A stretch of DNA of 64,000 nt from Pseudomonadota bacterium (GCA_039195135.1 JBCCVP010000004.1:21909-85908), one strand, 5' to 3'; positions 27,724-38,260 are shown, counted from the first letter of the stretch. Notes: generated by a model from the letters alone, not told the origin. Made by a program: numbers and translations.

Positions 27724-29082
27724 TCAGCCCGCGAAGGCGAGCTTTTTGAGCCAGGTTGGTCGCTGGGACTCCCAGGACTCCATGATCAGATTGGGGTCGA
27801 GCCCAAACTCGCCGGAGGCCAGTCCTCGCTTGATGCTGACCGGCTGATCCTCATGCTGGTGATTGTAGTCCCGCAGGTCGACCCGCTCGAGCTTCTCCAG
27901 CGGGCGCTTGTTCTGGTTCAGCACCATCAGCACCACGGGCTGGATGCGCTGGTCCACGTTCTGTTCCTTGATCAGCGCCACCTCGCCGGTGCTCAGTTCC
28001 ACCAGCGTTCCGGTCGGGTAAATACCCAGGGCCTGAATGAACTCCTCCACCAGCTGGGCCTGGAACAGCACATCCCGATGGTCGTAGAGGAAGTCCGTCG
28101 CGGCCGCCGCCGTGTGCACCCGGTCGGTGTGTGGCCGTAGGCTCGTCATGGCGTCATAGGTATCTGTCAAGCCGGCGATGCGGGCCAGCAGCGGAATCTG
28201 ATCGCCAAATTTGCCTTCCGGGTAGCCGGAGCCGTCAAACCGCTCGTGGTGATTCTCCACCACCTCGATAATGTCGTCGCCGATGCCGACGCAGCGGTCC
28301 AGGATCTGTACGCCGTCCGTGACGTGGGCTCGAACCTTCTCCACCTCTTCCTCAGTAAGCGGGCCCTGCTTCTCCAGCAGTCGCCGGGGCAGGCGGGCTT
28401 TGCCCACCTCGCACAGCAGGGATCCCAGCGCCAGCCGGTCAAGCTGCTGCTCGCTGAGCCCGAGGTGGCGGCCGAGCACGGTGGACAGTACCGCCATGCG
28501 CACCGAGTGGCCGTAGGAATAGGAATCGCGATCGCGCAGCTTGATCATCCAGACAAAAGCGTCCGGGTGCCGGATGATGCTCTGCACCATATGCCGCGCC
28601 GTGCGCTTGACCCCGCGAACCGTCAAACCCCGGCCGACGCGCACGTCGTCTACCGCGCTGGCCACTTCCCGGGAGAGATCGAGATGGAATTGCTGCGCCC
28701 GCTTCATTTCCTTACGGAACCCTTTCGGGGCGTTGTAGAAATCGGAGCGGATCTTGATGGGAACCGCGGTGATACCGAAGTTACCCTCGTGAGGGCCAAG
28801 TCGGCGCGCCGGCGACGGCACGTCGCGCTCAATGTCATCTTCAAATCGCTGACCGGGTCGCCATGGCCGATTGGCAATGGAGTCAGCATTGGGGGGAACT
28901 CCCCGGAGCACGTCGACGTAGACGAAACTGCAGTACTTCTGCAGCGCGGAGATATCGCGCTCGCCACGGATGACGAACCCTTGGAAAGGAAACGGCGTAG
29001 ACAACCACGGCCGGTCAAGCTGGCATACGTACATGCCCTTGATCAGATTGTCGACTTCGACCTGTACCTGTTCAACTCGCAT
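27724..29082 (-). CDS. HD-GYP domain protein (putative c-di-GMP phosphodiesterase) with DUF3391-like N-terminus
   Basis: N-terminus is LIKGMYVCQLDRPWLSTPFPFQGFVI. HD-GYP core includes HSVRMAV...HHERFDGSGYPEG. Confidence 0.9.
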   Translation of the reverse strand: MRVEQVQVEVDNLIKGMYVCQLDRPWLSTPFPFQGFVIRGERDISALQKYCSFVYVDVLRGVPPNADSIANRPWRPGQRFEDDIERDVPSPARRLGPHEGNFGITAVPIKIRSDFYNAPKGFRKEMKRAQQFHLDLSREVASAVDDVRVGRGLTVRGVKRTARHMVQSIIRHPDAFVWMIKLRDRDSYSYGHSVRMAVLSTVLGRHLGLSEQQLDRLALGSLLCEVGKARLPRRLLEKQGPLTEEEVEKVRAHVTDGVQILDRCVGIGDDIIEVVENHHERFDGSGYPEGKFGDQIPLLARIAGLTDTYDAMTSLRPHTDRVHTAAAATDFLYDHRDVLFQAQLVEEFIQALGIYPTGTLVELSTGEVALIKEQNVDQRIQPVVLMVLNQNKRPLEKLERVDLRDYNHQHEDQPVSIKRGLASGEFGLDPNLIMESWESQRPTWLKKLAFAG

Positions 29083-29410
29083 TGAACGACAGTACCCCCT
29101 TATCCTTCCTCAAAAGACACGTCTCCCGTAAGTGGCGGGAAGCGCGCCGACAACAACGCCATTTAAAGGTATGACGTAACAACCCGGTGAGTCTGAGAAC
29201 TCGATCACAATCCGGTAGAGAAACCTTCCCTCCGCGCGACCGTTCACCCGATGACCGGACGCGGATTTGAACACCAGAAGGCGGCAAACCAGAGTGGAGT
29301 TATACTGAGCTTCGTTACCCCTTACGTCGCCCAGCCCCTTTAAAGTAATGCATGAAAGACCGTGCGTCCAGCTTCAGGTTGCCCCAAGTCGCTGAATTAA
29401 CATTGCTTAA

Positions 29411-32400
29411 ATGATTTTGACGCGGGTTTTAGGACTTTTTTTCGTTGCGGCGTTTGGGCTTTCTGCGCAAACGTCAGGCTGGGCCTCATCTCCCGTAGTG
29501 GATGTGTACACGGTGGACGCGGGTCTGCCGTCGGCAACCATCAACGCCCTGGCCCAGGATCAGGATGGCTACCTGTGGATCGCCACCACCGACGGCCTGG
29601 CCCGGTTTGACGGGCTTAAGTTCGCCATTTACCGGGCCGACGCCCGCACGGACGCGGCGCTGGCCGGCAATCAGGTGCAGGCGCTGCTGGTCGACCGCGC
29701 CAACCGGCTCTGGATTGCCAGCGAGAGTGCCGGGCTGACCGTTCTGGGGCCTGATCGGAACGAATTTGTACCGGTGGCGGCACCAGCCCTCGGCAGTGCC
29801 GATATCTGGACGCTGGCGGAAGACCAGGATGGCTTTGTCTGGGCCGGTCTGTACCAGGGTGGGCTCCGGCGCATCGATCCGGAGAGCCTTGCGCTGCAGG
29901 ACTATCCGGCCTCCGGCGCCCTGAATGGCGGCACCGTCTTCAGCCTCGCCGTCGACGATGCCAACGTGGTCTGGGTGGGCACGGTGGGGAGCGGGTTGAA
30001 GCGCCTCAGCAGCGACCGGGCGAAGCTGACGGACGTGCCGCTGGAAGGTGCAAACGTCTGGGCCATCGAGGCGGCCGGAAAAGTGCTGCGGGTATCGCTG
30101 TCCGGCCGGGTGGGCACCTATTCGCCGGCCACCGGCGATTTTCTTGAACTGCCGGCGCAGCCAAACGAGGTCACCACGCTGGCGCCACTGCCCGACGGCC
30201 GGGCCTGGCTCGGCAGCTATAGCGGCCTTGCCCTGACCAACAGCGCCTTCACCCGCGTGCCACAGCAGATTGAGAGCCAACCGGCGCTCCGGGATTCACT
30301 GCCCACCAATCAGGTCAACGCGCTGCTGGTGGACGCCGAAGGCAGCCTCTGGGTCGGCACCACCGACGGCCTGGCGCGGCTCCAGTCGGGCTGGCGCAAC
30401 TTTACGATCCATCGCCACGACCCGCTGGGCGATCGCAGCATCAGCCACAGCCCGCGCGTGGTGGCGTCCACCGTGCAGTCCATCTGGGTGGGCGGCGTCA
30501 ACGGCTGGCTGGATCGGATCGATCGGCAAAGCGGTGAGGCAACCCGCCTGCCGCGACCCGACATCGACGGCATGCCGGCCACCGGTGGCGTCTGGGCGCT
30601 CCAGCCGGTAGGCGAGTCGCCCCTGTGGATGGGCGTCACCGGCGGCGTTGTGCGCTGGGACACGGGGCAGGGGACACATCGCTTCTGGCCGGTGCAGCCC
30701 CGGTCGCCGGATGCGGGCCCCGTGCGCGTGGATCGGATCCAGCGTGATCGCCAGGGTGGGCTGTGGCTGGGCGCCGCCGGGCGCGGCCTGCTGCGACTGG
30801 ATCTTTCCAGCGGCGAGCTGGAAGACCTGACGGAGAAGCTCAGCGGCTCCCACGTGGAGCAGCTGGCGCTGGCCCCCAACGGTGATCTCTGGGTTGCCTC
30901 GGACCGTGGCCTCGATCGCGTCGCGCCCGAATCCCGCACCGTGACCGCGCTGCTGCCGGAAGCGATGCACGTGCTTGCCTTCGCTTTTGGTCTGAACCGG
31001 GACGTGTGGCTGGCGGGCGTCAATGGCCTCATTCGCTACGAGCGCACGGCCAACGCGCTGACCCAGCCCCAACCGCTGGCGGACGCGCAGGGGGTTCCCC
31101 GGATCCGCTACGGCGGGCTGGCGGTGGATACCGCCGGTGATCTCTGGCTGACCAGCCGGCGCGGCCTTTATCGCTATCGGCCCGCCAGCGGCCTGACGCA
31201 GCGTTTTGGACGCAGCGAGGGGCTGCCGGGCGCGGAGTTTCGCGATCAGCCCCTGGGGCGCGGGCCGGAAGGGGAGCTGCTGGCCACCCTGCGACGGGCG
31301 GTGCTGGCCTTTGACCCGCTGACCGTGTCGGTCAGCGGGGCGCCGCCGCCGGTGGTGATCGAGACGGTACAGGTGGGGGAGCGCACGCTGCACCGGGGCG
31401 CCGGCGGGTGGTCACCCGTGGACCTGGATCACGAATCTTCCGGCATTACCTTTCGCTACGCTGCCCTCTCGCTGATCAACCCGCAGGGAAATCAGTACGC
31501 CTACCGCCTAACCGGCCTCGATGCCGATTGGATCTACGCGGGCAACACGCGGGAGCGGACCTACAACAATCTGCCGCCGGGGAATTACCGTTTTGAAGTC
31601 AAAGCGGCGGATGCCCGGGGCTACTGGAATGAAAGCCCGGCCTCGGTTGAAGTCTCGGTGGCCTTTCCGCCGTGGCGCACCGGCTGGGCCTACGGCGCCT
31701 ACGTGCTGGCGCTGCTCGGCCTGATGGCCGGCGCCGCCAGCAGTTTCCGCGGCCGATTGAAGCGCGGGCATGCGCTGGAGCGAGCGCAGGAACGGCAGAA
31801 CTGGGCCGAGACCCAGCGCGACATGACCCTCTCGCTGACCTCGTCGCTGGACGTCACGGAGATTCTCAAGCGACTGCTGCGCGGACTGGCGGAGGTGGTG
31901 CGCTCGGACCGGGCGGTGGTGAGCGTGGACGCCGCCGGCCTGCCCCGGGCTCAGGTCCACGATGGTTTTGAGACCTCGGACCTGCCCAATTTCCGCGACA
32001 TTCGAAACACCATCAAGCAGCTGTCCCGGGCCTCCAGCGAGGAGCCGACCACGCTGTCCGCCATGGGACAGCTCGGCACCAGCATCACCGTTCCGGTGGC
32101 CACCGCGGATCGCGTCATGGGTGTCGTCACCCTTGAAACCGCCGATGACGCCGGCTACATGGAGCGCGATCGGATGATGGCCGCCACCTACGCCCGGCAG
32201 GCGGCGGCCGCCCTCGACAATGCCCGGCTGTTTCGCCAGGTGCGCAAACTCGCCGACGAGGCGGAGTCCGCCAACGAGGCCAAATCGGATTTTCTGGCCA
32301 AGATGAGCCACGAGATCCGCACCCCGATGAACGGCGTCCTCGGCATGACGGAAATGCTGCTGGAGACGGCCCTGTCGGAGGACCAGCGGAACTACGCGCA

Positions 32401-33760
32401 GGCGGTGCAGGACTCTGGAAACGTCCTGCTCAACATCATCAACGACATTCTGGATTTGTCGAAGATCGAGGCCGGCAAGCTGGAGCTGGAGGAGATCGAC
32501 GTGCAGCTGGGGCCGCTGGTGGAGCAGACGGTCAAACTGTTCAGCGGCGCGGCCAGCAAAAAAGGCCTGGAGCTGGGTTATCTGATCGATCCGGAGATGC
32601 CCCGGCATTACCAGGGTGACCCGGTCCGCATCCGCCAGGTGCTGATGAATCTGCTGAACAACGCGCTCAAGTTCACCGAACGGGGCCGGGTGCGGGTCGA
32701 CGTGAGCCCGGGGGCCAAGGGCACGCTGCGGTTTGTCGTCAAAGACACCGGTATCGGCATGGATACGGGAGCCTACCGGCAGCTGTTTCAGCCTTTTACC
32801 CAGGCGGACCAGTCCACCAGCCGACGCTACGGCGGCACCGGTCTGGGTCTTGCCATCTGCCGCCAGCTGGTGGAAAAGATGGGTGGCTCCATCGACGCTG
32901 TCACCAAGGAGGGCCACGGCAGCCTGTTCTGGTTTGAATTACCCCTGAAGCAGGTGGCCGACGCGGTGGAGCCCCGGCTGCCGGGCATCGACTGGCTGGA
33001 GCAGGGGGTTTGCCTGGTGCTGATGCGTCCCTCGGTCGCCCGGGATGCGGTCTGCGCTTTTCTGCGCTACCAGCGGATCGAAGTTGCGATATCTACCGGG
33101 GCGCCGGCGGAGCCCCTGCCGGCCACGCCGCCGGCGCTGGTGGTGGCGCAGGCGGAGGCGTGGAACCCCGAGCTGGCGCAGCAGCTGAGTCGGCCGGCGG
33201 ACCCGTTACCTGTCCTGTGGGTGGTGGACGAGGCGGGGGCCCCGGACCTGCCGCCGGGACTGCGGGCGGCAGCCACGCCGCTGCGGGCCCCGGTGTTTGA
33301 ATCGGAACTGATGCTGCGGCTGATCGAGGCGTCTTCCGGAGCGCAGCCCGACGTCGCGGCGGTGGCGCCGGCGGCAGCGACCGGCCGGCAGATTCTGGTG
33401 GTGGAGGACAACCCCATGAACCAGGCCGTCGTGCTGGAGATGCTCGACAGCCTGGGACACTCGGTGGACGTGGTGGACAGCGCCGCTTTGGCCCTCACCC
33501 AGGTGGAAAACGGCCACTACGACCTGATCCTGATGGATTGCGATCTCCCGGTGACCAGCGGCCTTGAGCTGACCCGGAGCCTGCGCGCTCACGCCGATGC
33601 ACGGATCCAGGAGGTGCCGATCATCGCTCTGACGGCGCACGCCGGCGCCGACTTCGAGCGTCGCTGTCTGGAGGCCGGCATGAATGCCTACCTGGACAAG
33701 CCGGTGAGTAAAGACCGCCTGCGGGCGGCCATTAATGAGGTGCTCACCCGGGCCGCCTGA
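29411..33760 (+). CDS. Hybrid sensor histidine kinase with periplasmic beta-propeller (Reg_prop/Y_Y_Y) sensor, GAF, HisKA-HATPase, pseudo-receiver and receiver
   Basis: 1449 aa. Repeated ...D..G.LW[IV][AG]T..GL.R.. propeller blades. Y_Y_Y region is [16 protein letters not shown], followed by a TM segment and a GAF-like region. H-box is [11 protein letters not shown], HATPase box is GGTGLGLAI, and the C-terminal REC is [11 protein letters not shown]...[10 protein letters not shown]. Confidence 0.9.
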   Translation: MILTRVLGLFFVAAFGLSAQTSGWASSPVVDVYTVDAGLPSATINALAQDQDGYLWIATTDGLARFDGLKFAIYRADARTDAALAGNQVQALLVDRANRLWIASESAGLTVLGPDRNEFVPVAAPALGSADIWTLAEDQDGFVWAGLYQGGLRRIDPESLALQDYPASGALNGGTVFSLAVDDANVVWVGTVGSGLKRLSSDRAKLTDVPLEGANVWAIEAAGKVLRVSLSGRVGTYSPATGDFLELPAQPNEVTTLAPLPDGRAWLGSYSGLALTNSAFTRVPQQIESQPALRDSLPTNQVNALLVDAEGSLWVGTTDGLARLQSGWRNFTIHRHDPLGDRSISHSPRVVASTVQSIWVGGVNGWLDRIDRQSGEATRLPRPDIDGMPATGGVWALQPVGESPLWMGVTGGVVRWDTGQGTHRFWPVQPRSPDAGPVRVDRIQRDRQGGLWLGAAGRGLLRLDLSSGELEDLTEKLSGSHVEQLALAPNGDLWVASDRGLDRVAPESRTVTALLPEAMHVLAFAFGLNRDVWLAGVNGLIRYERTANALTQPQPLADAQGVPRIRYGGLAVDTAGDLWLTSRRGLYRYRPASGLTQRFGRSEGLPGAEFRDQPLGRGPEGELLATLRRAVLAFDPLTVSVSGAPPPVVIETVQVGERTLHRGAGGWSPVDLDHESSGITFRYAALSLINPQGNQYAYRLTGLDADWIYAGNTRERTYNNLPPGNYRFEVKAADARGYWNESPASVEVSVAFPPWRTGWAYGAYVLALLGLMAGAASSFRGRLKRGHALERAQERQNWAETQRDMTLSLTSSLDVTEILKRLLRGLAEVVRSDRAVVSVDAAGLPRAQVHDGFETSDLPNFRDIRNTIKQLSRASSEEPTTLSAMGQLGTSITVPVATADRVMGVVTLETADDAGYMERDRMMAATYARQAAAALDNARLFRQVRKLADEAESANEAKSDFLAKMSHEIRTPMNGVLGMTEMLLETALSEDQRNYAQAVQDSGNVLLNIINDILDLSKIEAGKLELEEIDVQLGPLVEQTVKLFSGAASKKGLELGYLIDPEMPRHYQGDPVRIRQVLMNLLNNALKFTERGRVRVDVSPGAKGTLRFVVKDTGIGMDTGAYRQLFQPFTQADQSTSRRYGGTGLGLAICRQLVEKMGGSIDAVTKEGHGSLFWFELPLKQVADAVEPRLPGIDWLEQGVCLVLMRPSVARDAVCAFLRYQRIEVAISTGAPAEPLPATPPALVVAQAEAWNPELAQQLSRPADPLPVLWVVDEAGAPDLPPGLRAAATPLRAPVFESELMLRLIEASSGAQPDVAAVAPAAATGRQILVVEDNPMNQAVVLEMLDSLGHSVDVVDSAALALTQVENGHYDLILMDCDLPVTSGLELTRSLRAHADARIQEVPIIALTAHAGADFERRCLEAGMNAYLDKPVSKDRLRAAINEVLTRAA

Positions 33761-33781
33761 GGACGCCCCGGTTCGGCAAAA

Positions 33782-34855
33782 CTAGCCCGCGTTCGCCCGG
33801 CGGCGGCTGGACTCGTGCACGTGTTCCACCAGCACGGCCAGATGGTCCGGATTGATGTCCGGCGTGATGCCATGGCCAAGGTTAAAGACATGGCCGGGGC
33901 CGTCGCCGTAGCTCTCCAGCACCCGTTCCGCCTCCTGCCGGATGGCGTCCGGGGAAGCGGCCAGCAGCGCCGGATCCAGGTTGCCCTGCAGCGCCACCCG
34001 GTCCTCCGTATAGCGGCGGGCCTCCGCAAGGTCGGTGGTCCAGTCCACGCCCAGGGCGTCCGCGCCCGAGCGGGCAAGATCCGCCAGCCGTGGCCCGGCG
34101 TTTTTGGTGAATAGCACCACGGGCACCCGGCGGCCCTCCGCCTCCCGGTCCAGCTGATCCACGATGTACTGCATGTAGTGCAGCGAGAACTCCCGGTACA
34201 GGCGGGGGCTCAGCGCGCCGCCCCAGGTATCAAACACCATGACCGCCTGGGCACCGGCGGCGATCTGGGCATTGAGGTACGCCACGACGGAATCGGCCAG
34301 CACCTGAAGTAGCTGCCGGGCCGTTTCAGGCTGTTCCACCAGCAGGGCCTTAACGCGGCCAAAAGTCCGGCTGCTGCCTCCTTCCACCATGTAGGTGGCC
34401 AGCGTCCAGGGGCTGCCGGAGAACCCGATGAGCGGCACCCGGCCCTTGAGCTCGCGTCGGATCACGGACACAGCGTCGGTGACATAGCCCAGTTCGTCGG
34501 CAATGTCGGGCACGGCCAGCGCCTTGATGTCGGCAGCGGTCCGCACCGGGCGTTCAAAACGCGGGCCTTCCCCTTCAGCAAAATACAGGCCGCAGCCCAT
34601 GGCATCGGGAATGGTCAGGATGTCGCTGAACAGAATGGCGGCATCCAGAGGAAATCGCCGCAGGGGCTGCAGGGTCACCTCGCAGGCGAGGTCGGGGTTT
34701 TTGCACAGGGACATGAAATCGCCCGCCTGGCTGCGCACCTCCCGGTATTCGGGCAGGTAGCGGCCGGCCTGGCGCATGATCCAGACCGGGGTGTAGTCCA
34801 CCGGTTCGCGCAGGAGGGCCTTCAGGAGGGTGTCGTTCTCAAGGGACGGATTCAT
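33782..34855 (-). CDS. hemE: Uroporphyrinogen decarboxylase
   Basis: 357 aa with the N-terminal signature [19 protein letters not shown] and ...[20 protein letters not shown]. Confidence 0.95.
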   Translation of the reverse strand: MNPSLENDTLLKALLREPVDYTPVWIMRQAGRYLPEYREVRSQAGDFMSLCKNPDLACEVTLQPLRRFPLDAAILFSDILTIPDAMGCGLYFAEGEGPRFERPVRTAADIKALAVPDIADELGYVTDAVSVIRRELKGRVPLIGFSGSPWTLATYMVEGGSSRTFGRVKALLVEQPETARQLLQVLADSVVAYLNAQIAAGAQAVMVFDTWGGALSPRLYREFSLHYMQYIVDQLDREAEGRRVPVVLFTKNAGPRLADLARSGADALGVDWTTDLAEARRYTEDRVALQGNLDPALLAASPDAIRQEAERVLESYGDGPGHVFNLGHGITPDINPDHLAVLVEHVHESSRRRANAG

Positions 34856-34959
34856 GCCACCTCACGGGTCAGTCAGCCAGGAAAGCTCGCCATTTTAGCC
34901 TGCATCTTTGATTGCCGTGAGTATTTGCATGAGTGCCACGGGGGTTGGGTGATGGACGG

Positions 34960-36246
34960 CTACTGCTGCTGCTCCCGAAGCTTGTTCTGCAGGGGGCCGA
35001 TCGTGCGCACCCAGGGCGAGCGGACGCTGGACGGCAGCTGGTCCCGGGCCGCCTCGGCCTGGGCCAGGGAAGCGAAACTGCCGGTCAGCAGCAGTGTGCG
35101 AACGCCGGCCCCTTCGTCCAGATCCAGCGCGTACACCTCCCGCGGGTCCACACCGTGGCGCCGCAGATAGGGCGTGAGCAGCCGCCGGCTCGACAGGCTG
35201 GTGAGCTGGATGCCGTAGCCGTCGGGCGGCAGGGTCAGGAAGGCAGTGGCGGTGAGTACCCGCGCGCGGACCACCGGCCGGCCGGGCGGCCGCTCCTGCG
35301 GCGGCGGCGGCGTCATCTGCCGGGATGCGGGGGTTGGATCTTCTGCGGCCGGCGCCGCTGCTTCGGCGGGCTGTCGGGCAGCGGGTTCCGGTGAACGAGC
35401 GGGTGTTGACACTGGTTCAGAACCTGTTTCGGGTTCTGGCTCGGGTTCTAGCGCCGGCTGCAGCACCGTGGGTTTCGGGTCTTGAATGCTGAGCTCTATC
35501 GACTCCAACTTCTCGGATTCCTCAGGTTCCGGGTCGGCGGGAGCGGGGTCCGATGCGTCCTCCCGGGACTCCAAGGCCGGTGGGGTTTCACTTTCCGCCG
35601 CCGGCTCGTTGGCTGCCAGCACCAGCGGCTCGGATTCTGACGGCGCCGCAGCGGGCGCCGCGGGGGTAACTGCCGGTGCAAGCGCCACCGCTTCCGTTGG
35701 CTCGGGCTCGGGTTCAGGCTGGGGTTCGGGTCGGGTCGGGGGCTGAACCACCGCCGTTGCTGCCGGCGTCTCAGTTAACCGGGCGTAGTTTCGAATCGGG
35801 CCGGCGAGGCCCGCCACCTCGGCAATCTGCGGCCGGATCGCCTGCACCGCCGCGGGCATGGCCACCACGGCCCGGGCCGCCTGGGCGCGGGACACAAATC
35901 GACCCCAGAGGATCAGCTGGCGGGTGTTGTCCCCCTCGATGATCGGCATAAAGCGCACCAGGGACGGATCCAGGCCGTAGCTTTCGACAAAGTCCGGGAT
36001 TTCATCGGGCGCCGAGACGCTCGCGATCTTGAGCGTGAACAGATCCGCCCGGGCCGGCGCCACCGGTTGCGGCGCCGGCAGCAGCGCGTCGACGGTGGAC
36101 ACCCCCAGCGTTGGATCATTCGCCAGGTCCGGCAGCGGCACGATGGTGGGGCCCGGCTCTACCGCCGGCGGGGGCTCCGGCAGCGGTGCGGCCAGCGGGG
36201 TCGCGCCCCCTTCAGCGCAGCGCCAGGCGCCCTGCTCACCGGCCAC
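34960..36246 (-). CDS. DamX-like protein with two SPOR domains and a Pro/Glu/Ala-rich linker (start unresolved)
   Basis: C-terminal SPOR (GYGIQLTSLSS...LLLTGSFASLAQAEAARDQLPSSVRSPWVRTIGPLQ) closely parallels E. coli DamX, and a second SPOR-like module (LFTLKIASVS...ILWGRFVSRAQAARAV) lies mid-protein. Sits downstream of aroK-aroB as damX does. GTG at 36246 is the first canonical start after the WGR stop, but it would omit the signal-like segment RRLAAVCLAAALLAAAPASA encoded at 36333-36274. Confidence 0.6.
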   Translation of the reverse strand: MAGEQGAWRCAEGGATPLAAPLPEPPPAVEPGPTIVPLPDLANDPTLGVSTVDALLPAPQPVAPARADLFTLKIASVSAPDEIPDFVESYGLDPSLVRFMPIIEGDNTRQLILWGRFVSRAQAARAVVAMPAAVQAIRPQIAEVAGLAGPIRNYARLTETPAATAVVQPPTRPEPQPEPEPEPTEAVALAPAVTPAAPAAAPSESEPLVLAANEPAAESETPPALESREDASDPAPADPEPEESEKLESIELSIQDPKPTVLQPALEPEPEPETGSEPVSTPARSPEPAARQPAEAAAPAAEDPTPASRQMTPPPPQERPPGRPVVRARVLTATAFLTLPPDGYGIQLTSLSSRRLLTPYLRRHGVDPREVYALDLDEGAGVRTLLLTGSFASLAQAEAARDQLPSSVRSPWVRTIGPLQNKLREQQQ

Positions 36247-36308
36247 GCAGACCCAGCGGTCGTCACTTTCCTGGGCGCTTGCCGGGGCTGCCGCGAGCAG
36301 CGCCGCCG

Positions 36309-36566
36309 CTAGGCAGACCGCTGCGAGGCGCCGTGGATGAACATCACCTGATAGCCGCGCTTGAGCTGCCGGTCGCGCTGAAAAATCAGCGCAGCCTGGG
36401 CTTCGTCCAGGGAGGTGAAGTGCTCCAGCCGCTGCGTGCCCCGGCCGCCGACGGGTCCCCACTGGCGCAGCACGGTCCATCCGCCCAGCAGGTCTTCCTG
36501 CAGGATCAGCTGATAAAAGCGCAGCGTTTCGCCAGGCTGCGGTCGGGTCTGCATAAAAATTCGCAT
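36309..36566 (-). CDS. Small WGR-domain protein
   Basis: 85 aa with a WGR-like core LRFYQLILQEDLLGGWTVLRQWGPVGGRGTQRLEHFTSLDEAQAALIFQRDRQLKRGYQV. Third-codon-position GC is strongly high in this frame but not in the overlapping 544-aa ORF frame. Confidence 0.7.
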   Translation of the reverse strand: MRIFMQTRPQPGETLRFYQLILQEDLLGGWTVLRQWGPVGGRGTQRLEHFTSLDEAQAALIFQRDRQLKRGYQVMFIHGASQRSA

Positions 36567-36648
36567 CGCGGCGATGGGCGCGGTGGCGGAACATGGCGCT
36601 ATTTTAGCCTGGAGGCTCCGCGGATGCCCGATGCCCTTCTGACTTCCC

Positions 36649-37743
36649 CTAGCGGCCGGCCTGAGACCAGATCATGGTCTGGCGGATCGGATCGGTCGGG
36701 ACGTCGTCTCGAATCACCGCCCGGCCCAGTTTTTCGAGCAGGATCAGCCGCAGTCGTCCGGCGCGGTTTTTCTTATCCAGCCGCATGGCGGCGAGCAGCG
36801 TTTCCGGGTCCAGATCCTGGGGCAGGCTCACGGGTAATCCGGCAGCGGTGAGGAGATTCACAACCGGTTCCACCGCCGCCGGTTCCAGTAGATCCAGAGC
36901 TGCGGACAGGTGGGCAGCGCAGACCATGCCGATGGCCACCGCTTCCCCGTGCAGGACTTCGCCGTAGCCGGCCTTCGCCTCGATCGCATGACCAAAAGTG
37001 TGGCCCAGGTTGAGCAGGGCGCGCTGCCCGGCTTCCCGCTCATCCGCAGCCACCACCTGCGCCTTGTGTTCCACCGACCGGGCAACGGCAAAACCCAGCG
37101 CTTCAGCATCCAGGGCCAGCAGGCTGGCCATGTGGTTTTGCAGCCAGCCAAGAAACTCCGGGTCCCGGATCAGGCCGTATTTGATCACCTCGGCAAGACC
37201 CGCGCGCAGCTCCCGCGGGGCCAGCGTCTTGAGCGTCGCGAGGTCCACCAGCACGGCTTCCGGCTGATGGAAGGCGCCGACCAGGTTTTTGCCGGCCGGG
37301 ATATTCACCGCGGTTTTGCCGCCCACGGAGGAGTCGACCTGGGCCAGCAGCGTGGTGGGAATCTGAACGAACTTAACGCCGCGCATCCAGGTGGCGGCGG
37401 CAAAGCCCACCAGGTCGCCGATCACGCCGCCGCCCAGCGCCACCAGCGTGCAGTCCCGCTGGGCGCCAATCTCGCTCAGGTAGCCATGAAGGCGGCTTAG
37501 GGTATCCATGCTTTTCTGGCCTTCGCCCGGCGGCAGCACCAGCGAGTGGATCTGCGCTGCCTCGAGCGCCTGCGTGAGGATTGCGAGGTAGGGCGGCGCC
37601 ACGTTTTCGTCGGTGACGACCACCACGGCGCCGGTGCCCAGGAAAGACGTTAGCCAGGCGCCGTCTTCCAAGATGCCGGGCCCGATGCGCACCGGATAGC
37701 TGCGCGCGCCCAGATCGATCGTGACGGTGTGTTCAGATGGCAT
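36649..37743 (-). CDS. aroB: 3-dehydroquinate synthase
   Basis: 364 aa with motifs GGGVIGDLVGFAAATWMRGV, VDSSVGGKTAVN and NLGHTFGHAIE. Confidence 0.95.
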   Translation of the reverse strand: MPSEHTVTIDLGARSYPVRIGPGILEDGAWLTSFLGTGAVVVVTDENVAPPYLAILTQALEAAQIHSLVLPPGEGQKSMDTLSRLHGYLSEIGAQRDCTLVALGGGVIGDLVGFAAATWMRGVKFVQIPTTLLAQVDSSVGGKTAVNIPAGKNLVGAFHQPEAVLVDLATLKTLAPRELRAGLAEVIKYGLIRDPEFLGWLQNHMASLLALDAEALGFAVARSVEHKAQVVAADEREAGQRALLNLGHTFGHAIEAKAGYGEVLHGEAVAIGMVCAAHLSAALDLLEPAAVEPVVNLLTAAGLPVSLPQDLDPETLLAAMRLDKKNRAGRLRLILLEKLGRAVIRDDVPTDPIRQTMIWSQAGR

Positions 37744-38260
37744 AGTCGCTGCCGCGAATACTCGCCAGCACCCGCTGCGTCATGCGAGCCACGCTGACCG
37801 GCTCCGAGGGTACGATCAGATCCGCCAGGGACTCATAGATCGGGTTTCGTTCCCGCGCCATATGCTCAAGGATTTCCTCGCGGTTGGGTTTGGACAGCAG
37901 CGGCCGCCGCTTGTCCCGGCAAAGCCGCGACAGCTGCCGCTCCACCGGCGTGGAAAGGTACACCACAAAACCGCAGCGTCGCATTTCCCGCTGGTTTTCC
38001 TCCGCCACCACAGCGCCGCCGCCGGTGGCGAGAGCAATGCCCTTTCGGGCGCAGGCATCGCGCAGCGCGCGCGTTTCCCGCTGCCGGAATCCCGATTCTC
38101 CTTCGATATCAAAAATCAGCGGAATGTCGGCCCCGGTGCAGCGCTCAATCTCCTGATCCAGGTCGAGAAAATCCAGCCCCAGCTGCTGCGCCACGCGGCG
38201 CCCGACGGTGGTTTTGCCAGCGCCGGTGGGGCCGATAAAGATGAGGTTTTGCCGGGACAT
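37733..38260 (-). CDS. aroK: Shikimate kinase
   Basis: The ATG at 38260 gives MSRQNLIFIGPTGAGKTTVGRRVAQQLGLDFLDLDQEIE (P-loop). The upstream part of the longer ORF is Arg/Pro/Gly junk. The gene's 3' end overlaps the aroB start by 11 bp. Confidence 0.9.
   Translation of the reverse strand: MSRQNLIFIGPTGAGKTTVGRRVAQQLGLDFLDLDQEIERCTGADIPLIFDIEGESGFRQRETRALRDACARKGIALATGGGAVVAEENQREMRRCGFVVYLSTPVERQLSRLCRDKRRPLLSKPNREEILEHMARERNPIYESLADLIVPSEPVSVARMTQRVLASIRGSDYAI

Noticed and set aside
34892-34902. An identical 11-mer ATTTTAGCCTG (minus strand CAGGCTAAAAT, containing a TAAAAT -10-like hexamer) lies 35-37 nt upstream of both the hemE start (34892-34902) and the WGR ORF start (36601-36611).
   Set aside because: A single shared 11-mer in 64 kb can arise by chance, and neither copy has a convincing -35. 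I noted it as possible promoter -10 elements, but it is not strong enough for a feature call.
35380-35745. Short tandem GGTTC/GGCTCGGG-type DNA repeats that could be mistaken for a VNTR or repeat array.
   Set aside because: They are in frame within the DamX-like gene and encode its PEPEPEP/PQPEP low-complexity linker. There is no spacer-repeat organisation, so this is not a CRISPR array.
36247-36594. N-terminal ~115 codons of the 544-aa ORF (MFRHRAHRRDANFYADP...), considered as a cytoplasmic domain of the DamX-like protein.
   Set aside because: The composition is Arg/Pro/Ala junk. Third-position GC in this interval supports the overlapping WGR frame instead. Only the segment from about 36333 downward looks coding in this frame (see the WGR/SPOR finding).
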